64,000 nt of DNA, from contig NW_002060943.1 of the NCBI RefSeq assembly GCF_000150275.1, positions 4,484,008 to 4,548,007 of the forward strand. Direction: 5' to 3'. Below the pieces are notes generated by a model, which saw only the letters and a program-made list of their open reading frames with translations, made no database searches and had not been told where the DNA came from. This DNA is from Trichoplax adhaerens (taxonomy: Eukaryota; Animalia; Placozoa). How positions within the stretch are numbered: the stretch's first letter is position 1; the number at the start of each line of letters is the position of its first letter. Of this stretch, positions 15,280 to 28,283 are shown in pieces. Made by a program: the position numbers and the translations under genes.

Positions 15280-15293
15280 GTTGCCTTGGCAAC
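15280..15293. promoter_or_regulatory. RFX-binding X-box upstream of DCDC1
   Basis: GTTGCC-TT-GGCAAC fits the X-box consensus GTNRCC(N0-3)RGYAAC. It lies within a longer inverted repeat TACTGTTGCC-TT-GGCAACAGTA (15276-15297). A minus-strand donor TAG|GTAAGA at 15148/15147 suggests a 5'UTR exon just downstream. Confidence 0.8.
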
Positions 15294-15532
15294 AGTATGA
15301 TCATGCGTATTGATATAGTTACGGATATCTTAGTCATGCGCACCTGTAATAAGCACTCTGCAATATTAAAACGTAATAGCATGGTAAAATTATTTTTGCT
15401 CTAAAACTTAGTTTTATAGAAGCATTTAATTAGCTGTTAATTTAGATTAATTAATTGTAAGGAACATGGAAATATTCAGCTGTATAGAGATTATAGATAC
15501 TGTATGCAATTCTACCAAATATACTTGCAAGT

Positions 15533-17310
15533 TAGAGACAGAATTTCTATTATGTCAAAGCAAGATATTCAATAAAATATATAAGAATGATGGATAACTT
15601 TACTTACCAATACATTACTAGACTTTATCAATACAGTATGTAAAAATGACGGATAACTCGATTTGCCAACGCATATAAAAAATGATTGTGCTATTAGTTT
15701 TGATCGATTAATTATAATTAACGCGTGCATATCTAGCCGGATAGATATCATAGATATTGCGTTGTTACGAGCTAGGAATAGCCCTAACTTGCTACTAGGA
15801 TTAAGAGGGCGATTTCTATCCTTTACTACTGTTATTTGGAATGCTAGACAATTGGTATTCCACGGCAGATAGGGTTCAACACAGAGAGACCTTCAAGACT
15901 TACTAGAAAATTACAATCTAATTTATTGTCGGTAAACTCGCCCTTAATATAGGTTTCGGACCTAAAACTAGTTTAGCTACCCAAGTCACCTCGTCTATTA
16001 GAAATTAATTAAATTAATACTCTAAAGAGATTCTATCTGTACCGATTAGATACAATCTAATCCTATTAAATTTACTGTAACAGTATTGAAATAATCAATG
16101 CTTATTAATAGTTTAGCAGATACATATAAAGCTGTCCGTCACGGTACGCCGTTACTAATTAAGTAACTGTAAATTAATGAATGCTTATGAATAGATAAGA
16201 TAAGGTTATGTGCTATGTTTAATGCGCTTGTAGCTGATAATAGGATGGTAGGAATGAGATAAAAATAGAAGTTGTTAACAGTTAATTTACTGTAGGTTTA
16301 TAAGGTATGTTAATCTCTAAAAATTGAGCTGTATATGGACGAAGGTTAAGCGTCTTAACACCTGATAGCTTGTAGCTATCTAAGTCTGAGAATATCGACA
16401 TGTATATTTAGTAATGGTATTATACTAATTAATGTAACTTGTAAAGCATGAATTCTCACTCGTTAATATTGGAATTCACTGTAGAAACCTATTTAAGCGC
16501 GTGTGTTTGTAGAATAAAGCAAGTAATTGCTCAAGAAACGGCAAGACTCATATCGTGAAGAATAGTGTAATAATTAGTCAGTAGTCTGTGGAGATCAGCC
16601 GAGAAATCGAGTTCTCAAATACTTCTCTCATAGAAACTGAAAGTACTGGGAGAAATAGCCCTAGTTTTAAGTAACTACACTAGAGTTCTTTACTTTCCTT
16701 TGCCACAAGTGAGGGTTGTGAAACTGTCCTACTAAGGCATTTCGTCTAAACTTAGGAATTATATTTTAAATTTTAACAACCTTGGAGGTGATAGATATAA
16801 TCCAGCTTAGTTTGCAGGTAATTACTATTTTAGTCTATGTAATCTTAAATTAAGGATATTAACTGTTAACCACTAAATTTACAATTAAGGAGACCGTAAA
16901 ACATTTTTGAGATATAAACATATATAGAATGTAACATAGAAATAAAGTATACGTCACGAAGATTACTTTCGTGACATGCATTTACTCCTACTAAAAACAT
17001 TAACACCTTACAGAAACAATTTTTATTCTGTCATAACGAGTTTTTCAGTACAATGTACAAAAAATGATACGATACCTTTATTTGCCAAACCATATAAAAA
17101 ATGATTATGCTCTTAATTTAGATTGATTAATTATAAGTAAGGCGTAGATATCAAGCCGGATAGAGATTATAAATACTGCATGTATTCCTAATAAACATAG
17201 TAATATGCTAGAGAAAGAATTTCTATTATGTCATAACTGGACTTTTCAATACAGTATACAAGAATGATGAATAGTTTTACTAGCCCAAGAATATAAAAAA
17301 TTAATTGATT
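15533..17310 (+). repeat. Dispersed, decayed repeat family of about 200 bp: copies at about 15533-15760, 17010-17180 and 17208-17310
   Basis: Shared blocks: AGAATTTCTATTATGTCA (15540 and 17216); CATATAAAAAATGATT-TGCT...GATTAATTATAA...AGCCGGATAGA (about 15672-15745 and about 17091-17165). Confidence 0.8.
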
Positions 17311-20300
17311 TCTCGAGTAATATTGCACTTTGATTGCTGTGGAATGCATTTTTTATTTGCTATACATTATTTAAAAAATAATATTGAACATGTTGATAAT
17401 GATAAACATTTAATGTTAAATTACAAAGCTTTATAAAATTATGCGTGACAAAATTTTACCGCCACCTTAATTACTGAAGTCAACGACAGGATATCCTGTT
17501 CGTTTTATATCCTATCCCTTGAGTATACCATATGGTGCGATTAATCACTGGTAAAATCGAATGTATAAAATATGGAGAATTGAAACTGTCCAATATCAAT
17601 TATCAAAAGTTATTATGGAAGTTAGTTAGATATTATCATGCTCAATTTTTTCTCTTAGAAAGTAGCCAATAAATGTTACGTATATGGAATTTATTCATAA
17701 CTTGAACCGTAAAAATTAAGAATAATAGTTATTAGATTAAATTAGGGTTCACTTTTTTAGTAATTTTTAATAGACGTGATATTGGGATTAAATTTTCACG
17801 AAGGTTGTTACCTAACTAAACTTGCCTAATCTAAACTAATTAGACTACCCTAGCTAAGTAACAATAACCGAGAAATGCACTTTCAGAATCTTCTGACTAT
17901 ATCTTTATTCTAGAAAATGCAAGTCTAATTTAATATTCTAAATCGATCATTTAGATAGCATTTTTAGCCATATAAAACCGGTTTACGATGTGTGATATAT
18001 TTCGACCAATAAGACTTCATGAATACATTAAATTATTCCTAGTCTAATCCAATGAATATGTAATATTACTATAGATTAACTTTATGTTTGCCCAGCTTAT
18101 AATTAACAGGATTTATATTGAATTTACCATTAAATTTACCATTGACAATTCATATACCATATTTAGTATAATTTAACCTGTATTAGGAACAGGTTTGTAT
18201 CGGCTATATTAAGTCATCAAATAATTCATGCACATATCCAAATTAATAACTATCTTAACGTGATACATATACATGTCTAAATTAAGTAAGTTATCATTCA
18301 TCACGGTAGATTCACTACCGTGACATAGATAGAATAAAACGCCATGCTTCGTAAAGCTCTTGCATGTATTAATAACTTTCTAGAGACATACACTAAATTC
18401 TAACTTTGATCTTGCTCTTGAAAGTACTTGCTAACATAGAATTATAGTAGAGACATATGTGCTATAGTTATTATATTGCTACAGACTTGGAAGTCAAGAA
18501 GTTCGCGTACAACCCTAAAATTATCTTGTTTGGCCTTTCTGGAGCTATTAATTTTTAAATATGATAATTTCCAATTTTTTATGACTGTACAATATATACT
18601 TACATAAATTAGTATACCATGTTAGCGATTAATAGATGGCACCGATAAAATAGTAAAAGTATATTTAAATGTAACCGAAAGCGGTATATTCCAGTAAGTA
18701 AATCATGAGCACCGCAGTGCACTTACTGATTAGCAATCGATTTTAACAAATTTAGAAAACGTTACGATAATATTATGTATAAAATATGAACTGCTAAATT
18801 CTTTACTATGAGGAGTGCATCTTAGCTTAACGTATGATACCACTCAATGACTTAATATGAACGGTGTATTTCTTACTGAGTAAAAATTATGGATACTTCA
18901 TATTTTTCTCTTTTTATCCGTTCGCCTTGTAATGATTTTAGCTAATTGTAGTAGTACAGCAGGTGGCTAATAGGATGAGACGGCGCACTTGTACTGTTTC
19001 TAGTATAAGATATCCTAGGAAATTACTCAATTTTTTTGCTAACTCGAATTTTGGGTTATGTAGCTGAACTAATAGTAATGGAAGGAGACTGTTACTCGGT
19101 CATTACACACCTCTAGTACCTAGACTTTTTGTATATTAATAATATTTAAAAATCGGAAATTTTCTGGCAGTTACATTACAAAAACGGCTTAGATTGCACT
19201 AGCGTTTTCTTAGTAAGTGGTATGAAATTGGATAAATATGAAACATGTTTGAATGTGCTAGTTATGATTGGTAACTACAACTATTCGATGAAAGGAGAGT
19301 ATTATTTGAGGATTCATAGCTATTAATAGATATCTGCAGGATGTTAGTTAATATCCGGGAAACATATAAAAATCATCGTCTGAATATTTCAGTATTAATA
19401 GACTACTAGACAATGCTTTAAATTCTTATCAATAAATATTAATAGGATATTTCATGAATATAAATTAAGCAAAGCTTTAGCGGAAAGGATACCATCAGAT
19501 AATTTTAGTAATAATATTAGTACAATTTGATACAAAACTTATTATATTTAAGGTATGCTTTACCACATAAATTTGAATTTATTTATATTCTCTCTTGGTT
19601 AGCATTAAGATTTTAATTTCTCTTAGTTTCGTTTGATTTACATGTGCTATAGTATTTGAGAGTCAACAGAACGACTTGGATTCATGTCCAGAGTAGACTA
19701 CAGCATACGGGCGAAACGATAATAATTAATATCAATTAGAGGCAATTTTAACAATATAATACAATGATAGTGTTGGAATCAATGTGAAATATTTTTTTGC
19801 TTGTTATTATTGCTAAAATTTCAACCTTTCAATCCTTTTAAAATAAAATTAAGATTAATTTGATACTGGTAATCTAAAAGAATCTCTAAATTACATATTG
19901 ATTTTTAATATAGAGAGAGAAGAATATATGAAAGGTGATAAACAATTATCTTAAAGTAACATTAGCAAGCAATCAAGCATCGCATAATTATATATATATA
20001 CATATATACAATGAATTATTTTTATTTTGGGAAAGTGAAGTGCATTTTATTAATGAAGTACTAATTAAAAGATTATAAATTGACTGACTTAGAAATTTTA
20101 AAAGATATGGCGTTGTTTTGTTTAATAAAAAGCTGGTTCACATGAACAAGTTATTCATCAATGTGTCATGCTATTAAAATATTGTATGCAGGAGTAACTA
20201 TTTCTGAATTTAATGATTACTTTTAAAATATATTTAATGCTACGTGTAACTAAAATACTCAGCAATTTCCAATGTGAAAGTAAATGAGCTTGGACAGATC

Positions 20301-23300
20301 ATTGGCGCTGCTATTATTGATCAAAATAAGAAGTTATGAATGCGATGTTTCAATAGATTGCCTGTCCGTTACAATTGCAAGCAATTGTAAGAGAGATAGG
20401 TTATTGAAAAGTAGTATTTATTGCAGTATGTGGGCAAAGAAAAACCGTTTACTTCCCCGAACAAACTGACAAGACCTATGCATGATGATTTATTTCATAA
20501 TGTAAGAAGCGCAGCAGGAAGAAATTATTTATAAACGCGAATGAGTAATAAGAATAGCTTAATTCTACATTAGAAGACTTCTATGCTACCATAGGATTAG
20601 AATATAAATGGAATTCAACGTTGCAAATATTAAATATAGATTATGAATGAACGCGTATAATGTTATACTACAGCGTAATAGACATTAATTTTACTAAAAA
20701 TAGAGTATACCGTATATAGCAGTATAAGCTACAATCGCAATAGTAATTTACAATTATATTCACTGTTGATTAGCGGTAAAAAGACCTTAAAAGGTGAAAA
20801 TGTACTTTATCTTTACAGACTACGGCCTCACTTTTACAATTCCAGTAATTAAGTTTTATGTCTTCCGGAAATAATAATTATTTCACTTTAGTTCTAATGG
20901 TGCCTTTTTCTATATTTGAGTTTTATACAAGCTAATATTGTATGCCTAGCTTTACCTCGTCATTTGGAATTCTGTTTTATTCTTGACCTACTAGTGGATC
21001 CAATTACCCGAGTGATATGTACCTTATGGACTAAATAGAATAATAATTTTTATTTGACAATTATAACTGTAAATATGCTCACATACACTTTATCATGAGC
21101 TACTAAATCTCACCTCTGAATCATTAGAGTATTCTTAATATCAGAACTACAGTCAATAAATTTGATAATAAAAAGAGTACTTTTTCATCACTTCTAATCA
21201 TAAAGCACTATCCTTTAATAATACTATTACGTGAAGATACTAAAACCACGGCTTCAACTATATTGATTTTTCCATATCATACTATGTCTAATTTCAACTA
21301 TCAGTATAAACTTAAACATACCAAGTATCTATTAGAGCTGAAGAATTAATTAAGATTCAAAGAAAAAGATTACTTAGATTCCATAGCCGGCACTAGTCGT
21401 AATTTACTGTACTAATGGTTGCGTAGTTGTAGTAGTCTAACCGACTCTAACTAATTTATCTAATCTTAGATCATTATAAGAACTTCGTAAAAGATCTTAT
21501 TCCATAAGGTTTTCAGCAATAGCACAAGGAACAATAAGTATCGAACAATCGCCGCAAAATGGACGAATAGAATTATAAAAATAAAATGTCATTCTAATCT
21601 TATTAAGAAAACAAGACTGAAAATTTGCTTTTTGCTGAAAGACAACGATTCGAGCTTATTAATTAAGAGTAGGTTTTTAATTTTTATAAACCGACGCTAA
21701 ATAGGGAAAATTGAACAATTTAGGAATATTATTTTAAGGATTTCGGATGCATCATTAACCACTGTACAATCTCAAATACTTTCACGGTCTATTCTTACCA
21801 TTAATCAATATAAGTATCAAGCTTTTGATCAAGCTTAAACTATTTATTGCTAAAATATGAAGTTTAAATGCACGAACCTCGAATGTAAATCAAAGTTCGT
21901 ACTTCTATATATAACGCGAATATTGTGATAGGATTGCAAATAACGTATAATATGATAGTTGTTGGTAAGCTTGAAATTCCTTATTTAGATGAAAGTATGA
22001 AAGTCAAATATCATGATAAAATTAAAAATTAATGAACGATCATATCTGGTATGCTAATATTGCTTAGTTCAAACATGGTGACGCCACTCAAAAGGTTGAT
22101 AGATCAACTAAGTGTTGATATGAAATTGCAAAAGTTTGATTATAATATTACTATACCGAAACATAATAGAAATCATTCATCCTTAAGATGAATTTTCTTG
22201 TTATATTGGGTGATATTCAACATCTAGTTGTCCGCAGTCTTTAATTAATTAAACTGAATAATAATATTCCTATCAAGATACTGGATATTACTTCTTAAGT
22301 ACAGCTCTTTCTTTATCTGTGAAGAGAATTTCTACACGAAGTAAATTATGAAACATTTGATGATTTTATTTTGCAGTTCAGCATAATAATTTCAATATTA
22401 TTCATATGTAGCAGAGCAAAATTATATATAATACAAAAACTAATGCTTAAATGGCCTAGCTGATTGCTGATAACTATTAAATTATGCTTCTTCGAAAAAC
22501 GCTATCTCATAAATATTAATTTAGCAGATCACTAGATTTAATAAGTTATAATAGTAATCACTTTTATCAAGAATGTAAGTATGTAGCCAAAATGGCTCTT
22601 TCAACCGCGTATTGGCAAGACTAAATAAAACAGGAAGCCAATTTATTTCTGCTATTTTTACTTCAGATGGCAGACTTTTGGTTAAAAGCGAAAGAAATTT
22701 GTAATACATAGCTATACCCTGCTCGTATCGATAATTAAGGGCTTTTAAAAGTAAGAGAGTCCATTGAAACACCATAACTATCAGCGCTGCTTTTAGATAC
22801 TGATTATATATTATTTGTATTGTTCATAGCAAATTTCATCTTTAACGTTTTATTCATTTAATCTTATTTAATAATTTCCGATTAATTGATATAGATCAAA
22901 ATCTGATTTAATAAAATAAATTTCAACGGCGTAGAATTACGCGCTATTTAACATAGAATTTGTGGACTTAATAAATTGATCAGAAAATTGAGAAGTATCC
23001 TAAGGATGGAGAATAACTTCAAGATGAAATTTATAAATTTATAAATAATCGCCACATTTTATAGTAGACGTAAAAATCTTACCTATATTTGTTTGGTTTT
23101 GGTTATTTATTGATATTTATTATCTTTACCAGTGCACCATTTATAAAACCAATCTAATATTACCAGGAAAGTTATACCGCAAATTTAAACATAATATCCA
23201 TATCTGAGGAAAGATATAAACAGCTCATCTTATAAATCGTAAATTTCATAACATCGAAGAATACTAATATTATTTAACTAATACCTTATACCGATTATCA

Positions 23301-26300
23301 TATCCAAACACAGCCAAGGCAATTTGCTTTTAAATAAACAAAAATCTACTCATAAAAATTTTTCAGAGGCGATACAGTTTACTGTACAATTATTGATGTT
23401 TTTTTGCAGTATCGCACAGGCTACTAATGAAAGGATTAAACAGGAGACAGTATCTGAGAACTCTATTGTTCGCATTTTCTTCTATTCTTATCTCAATCAT
23501 TACTACTTCATGTAGGCTAATATATTATAGAAATTTAATTAAATTGGTTTGTAAGCTAATTTAGCATTTGTATATGTTAATCTACTCTATGAATTGAAAT
23601 GTAGTTAAGAAATAAATCACGCTTTTATATGTAGTTGGAGACTGTTAACAGCGTGTCTGCATAAAAAATGCAATATATTTGTTATTGTAATTTACTTTTA
23701 TTTATATGAATGAAATACTGAGCGATGAGAAAACATGAATATGATACTCTCTTAATAAATATTTTTTGATCAATGAGGTTGTCATAAGTAACTTGGACAG
23801 GCAGTATTCTTAATTCTTTCACTGAGCCATATCACGATCATAGTTGATTAACAGTAATATGATTGTAATATTCTATACTGAAATTTTAACAAGACGTCAA
23901 GTTTGATATTTTATTTTAAGACAATTATCCAGACTAAATTTGCTAACATATCCAGTTTAAATTCACACTGATTTATTTTATTGCTGTATTCATCAATAGA
24001 ATCAGCTACACCATTCTTTTCTCAATGCAGAATCACGTAATTACGTAGATAATTTTCATTTATTTCATTATCAAACTGAAGCCAAAAGGGCTCATATCAG
24101 AGAAACTGTTATAAATAAAAGATAAGAAAGAATTTTTACTGCTTTTCTTTATTAATTTGAACTATTAGATATTAACGGAGCAAAAAGGCTTTAGTTTTCA
24201 TCAAAGGATAAGCGTTTAGCCGTAAGACCGGTAACGATCAATTAAATGCTATTAGCTTGCTAGTTGCATAAAATTATTTATACTTTACAATTTATTTATT
24301 TTGACTAGACCTAGCAGTTTAACGCCAAGAAACGCATTGTGATAGAGATTAAAAGTCTTTTTCCTTATTTAGTTTGATAATAACAGTACGTTTTGTTTTG
24401 ATCTGTTTACAGCTGAAATAGAAATGGAAAATCATTCTTGGACAAATTTAATATTTTTAATTTAAAGTTCTAATATCACACAGTCAATATCTATGCAATG
24501 CGTATTAAAATTCTACCTACCAGCAGTTGTCGTTAGCGAAATTGCTACATTTTTAGGATGTTCTGATTACAGTATAAGAAGCCTAACCTCATTAACTGTA
24601 CCACGCGAATCGGTTAAAACTATGGTTTGATATGGAATTTTTTAAGGATATTTAGCCAAAATACTTATCTAAGTTACTCTTTAAGTAAATAAATATATAT
24701 CTATAATTTTAATAAATCTGTTAAAGAAATCAATTTCAGCTTATATAGAAGATTTTTCGTTAGCGTAGAGTTCGATATTATAAGTATCAATAAATAGCTT
24801 TAATACAGAGTAGAGACTGACTTCAAATATTCATATGTATAATTCTCATTTGATACTCTTTTAAGATAAAGTATTAAAATCGTACGAAGCAAAATCTCTA
24901 TTAGTTATACGTTATAGTTCGTTCATTTTGACCTTTAACTTCAATAATTTTATCTCAATTAACGTGAGCGAATGGTTCTATTAATTTCGATCATCTAACT
25001 AAGCAAAAAATTAATTAATTGTAGTTCCAACTAATTTTGTCACTATTTCTTTCTCTACCAAGAGACTATGCCTCGTAACATCAGATCAAAGTACTCGATA
25101 TAAAGGACTAAAGCAAATCAGTAGTAATAAAATATATCAAAATTATCGCTACTGTATTCCTTTATGGAAGGTAAATAAATTAAGCTACGTGAGTGTGAGA
25201 ATGAATATTAAAAGTTGAAAGCATTATGGTATCATTTATGAAATATAGCACAACTGGAATTGAATTTGCAATGATTCCTACTTATTGTTGTAGCAGTGAA
25301 AATTTAAATGCAATAATAGCGTTGGTCTTGCAGTTAAGCCACTCATTCTAGAGCCTGCCTAGTGATTTGTTTTGGTATCAGTAAATGAAATACTAAAGCA
25401 AATTTAATCGTTTTTGTTTTGTACGGTTTGCAAGCAATAATAATAATAATTATCTTTTTACTTTACAGCATCAACATAAATCAAAACCAGTTGAAGATAC
25501 AGTATATTCAAATGGCAATTTAAGTTTGACTTCATGCTAAAAAGATATCGGTCCTAAATACCTAATTTTATTTTTTAAAGATTGGTACAAGACTTGAAAA
25601 GGTTTTATCAGATTCTATTGGAAAAAAATCATACCCGCGAAATGATATAAATTGCAAAACTACATATGCCAGTGTACACTGTACAATATTTGCTTTAAAT
25701 TTCGATTAAAATCGCAATGTCTGCCATACTACTAATTTTGAATAAAGAAGTTTCATAGGCAAGATAAATCAAATTTTATTGTACATTTCATATGATGATT
25801 AAATATGTCCATAATAAATTTCTATTTTTCAAAACACATTCACATTAGGCTTATCAACCTCTGACCTTGATTAAGATATAAAAAAGTGGCTATTTTTGTA
25901 GCATACCATTTTATGACCACCTTTATGTCATATTACGTTCTAGGTTACCTATTGACAGACTTATTGGTATTTTATTATAGTGATTTCAATGCATCTGTCG
26001 TTTATTCTATTCTACCTATGCTGAAAGTGATTGTTTAGCTATAACTAAACATATAGATAGTATACGAAAACTCTATTATTTGCTGTATAATAATACCTAG
26101 ATTGAAAATTATTACTGGTCATTACCATTTGCTATTTTTGCTAACATCTGATTAAATTTAATATTACAGTGTAGATATCCTAAAATTATAGAATTGTTAT
26201 CAAGTTATATCAAGGTCAGCTGCACAGTAGGAAATAAAATCACACAAATGAAGAGCCACTCCAATCAGTTTATAATATTTTTCTTAAAAATTTCGAATAA

Positions 26301-27505
26301 AAAATTGGAATAATTATAAAAAATCCAATTTTTTTGTTCTTTCATTTCACAGAACATCAGTAGTCGACACATTGTGGAAATTACAAATTAACTAGCCATA
26401 TTTAGCAACATAATACTATAACTGAAATTAGAAATGAAGCTAAGAATGAAATGATAATAATTTTACAGACAAGTCGAAATAATCGAAATTCACAGAATAA
26501 TAATAAGCTAAAAGTGAAAGTAAAAACATTTGAAATGGTTAGTATGACTAGTACCATCATTATTTTAATTATACATCGTCCACCTTACCTATGACGAAAA
26601 AATCTTCTCAAGACAAAACAGACGTCTATAATATCCGCCCTTTCTCCTCTTATCTAAGATAATATTTATACTTGTGTGCAACGTGTCCTTGTTTCAATCA
26701 AATTTCATTTTCCATTTTGCTCTATTAATGTGATCAAAACTAGTCACATACAGGTTCTTAAATCTCTGCAATCTTAGCAAAGTTAGCTGTTGAGATATAG
26801 AATTAACTTGCTTGGTAATGCTATCGATGATAATACCTTGTAATTGCATACTATTAACAAGTCGATCAAAAATTGCATTAATTCCAATATGGCCTATAAT
26901 ATCAATTTGATATCTTGTCATTATATAACATTGAATTAGATATCATGGATTCCTTGATTTCATTTCTCTTCTATTTTTTCTGGTTACTATTGTTACTTTT
27001 ATAGAAGTTAGCAAAAACGAACTATCTGATATGATAGCCGTAACGCCTACTCATGTACAATATCGCTAGATGTTACATTCATGACCTATGTTGACTAATT
27101 TATTACACCTTTAAGTATAATATTTTTGTCTATTTAATCGAGATAGCGCTAATTAATGCTATAAAATCTCTGCAGGATATTTATGTCCATTAAATAATTT
27201 AACGTGCCACAAGAAATTTTCAATTGTAATTATCACCATCATCAAGTAAAATATGTCAACAAATTGATTATTTCATTTCGATGTCGAATACCATTATGTT
27301 GCTCAACTCATTGCAATTTGCCATCAGTCCAGTAAACGGACATTGTATGACTTGGACTTTGCAACCCAATAAGTATGTATGTAGATGAGTATTTTTTTGA
27401 TTGGATCATTATGACCATGTTCGCACAGACTAAGTCTTCAAATTAAGATGTATATGAGATTTAAACTTGAATTAAATAAGGAGGTCAAGGATATAAGATC
27501 GAGAC

Positions 27506-27940
27506 CTAACAATTACTATTGTTCGACTTATGCAATGATATCCCCAGGCGTTTCTTCCAGCGTTTCAACCACGTGTCACTAGCTCGAAATGTCTGACTAA
27601 TATTGAGTTCTTTAGCTAACTCTAAAGCCTTCTTTTTAAGCAATTTATTACTTACCAATCGATTATTGGCTAATTCATCCTTATAATATTCATAGACAGC
27701 ATTGTCTAAATCGATAGATATAGGTCGGCGACCAACATGTAATTTACGTTTCTTCTTGCGATCGCCTTCATTTTCTGCGGCTAATTTAACATAATTTTTA
27801 TTCCACTCTCGAATTCTAACACGCTCAACACCATATTCTCGCGCTGTTTTAGATACATTACAGTTATTAGCTCTTAAATATTTGACGGCTTGAATTTTAT
27901 ATTCCACTGTAAACGATCTTCTCCTCCTACATAGTGCCAT
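27506..27940 (-). CDS. Pogo/Tigger-derived DNA-binding protein (Brinker-type HTH plus CENP-B/Tc5-type HTH), 144 aa, single exon, no DDE domain
   Basis: 'RRRSFTVEYKIQAVKY...NVSKTAREYGVERVRIREW' matches the BrkDBD/HTH_psq-type first HTH. 'LDNAVYEYY...VSNKLLKKKALELAKEL...FRASDTWLKRWKKRLGIS' matches HTH_Tnp_Tc5. First ATG at 27940; the ORF track starts at an upstream TTG (27970). The frame is uninterrupted and stops right after the second HTH. Confidence 0.85.
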   Translation of the reverse strand: MALCRRRRSFTVEYKIQAVKYLRANNCNVSKTAREYGVERVRIREWNKNYVKLAAENEGDRKKKRKLHVGRRPISIDLDNAVYEYYKDELANNRLVSNKLLKKKALELAKELNISQTFRASDTWLKRWKKRLGISLHKSNNSNC

Positions 27941-28273
27941 GATGCCAGCTTCAACATATGATTGGATCAATTTTTTAAAACTCTAAGTTGATAAATGGAC
28001 TAAATTATTAAAAAATGAAGGATATCCTGATGTTAAAATTGCTAAAATTCAGTAGGTTGAAATTGGACTATATGTAGTATTGGAAATTTAACTGCTACGC
28101 TATAAGATAGGAAAGCAAGAATATTACCAACGAGAGAAGAAGATGAAAGTTAAAAAGAAAGTGAATGTGTGCATACGATTATATGTGTATTTGAGTGTAC
28201 TTGTATTTAAGGTGAAGAATTGAATGGTGTGAACAGAGAAAACAAATTTTGCACTTGCTACCCTTATGCCATG

Positions 28274-28283
28274 TATTTAAATA
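28274..28283 (-). promoter_or_regulatory. Candidate TATA box of the pogo-derived gene
   Basis: TATTTAAATA lies about 335 bp upstream of the ATG and is followed on the minus strand by a pyrimidine-rich leader. The motif is common in AT-rich DNA, so support is modest. Confidence 0.35.
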
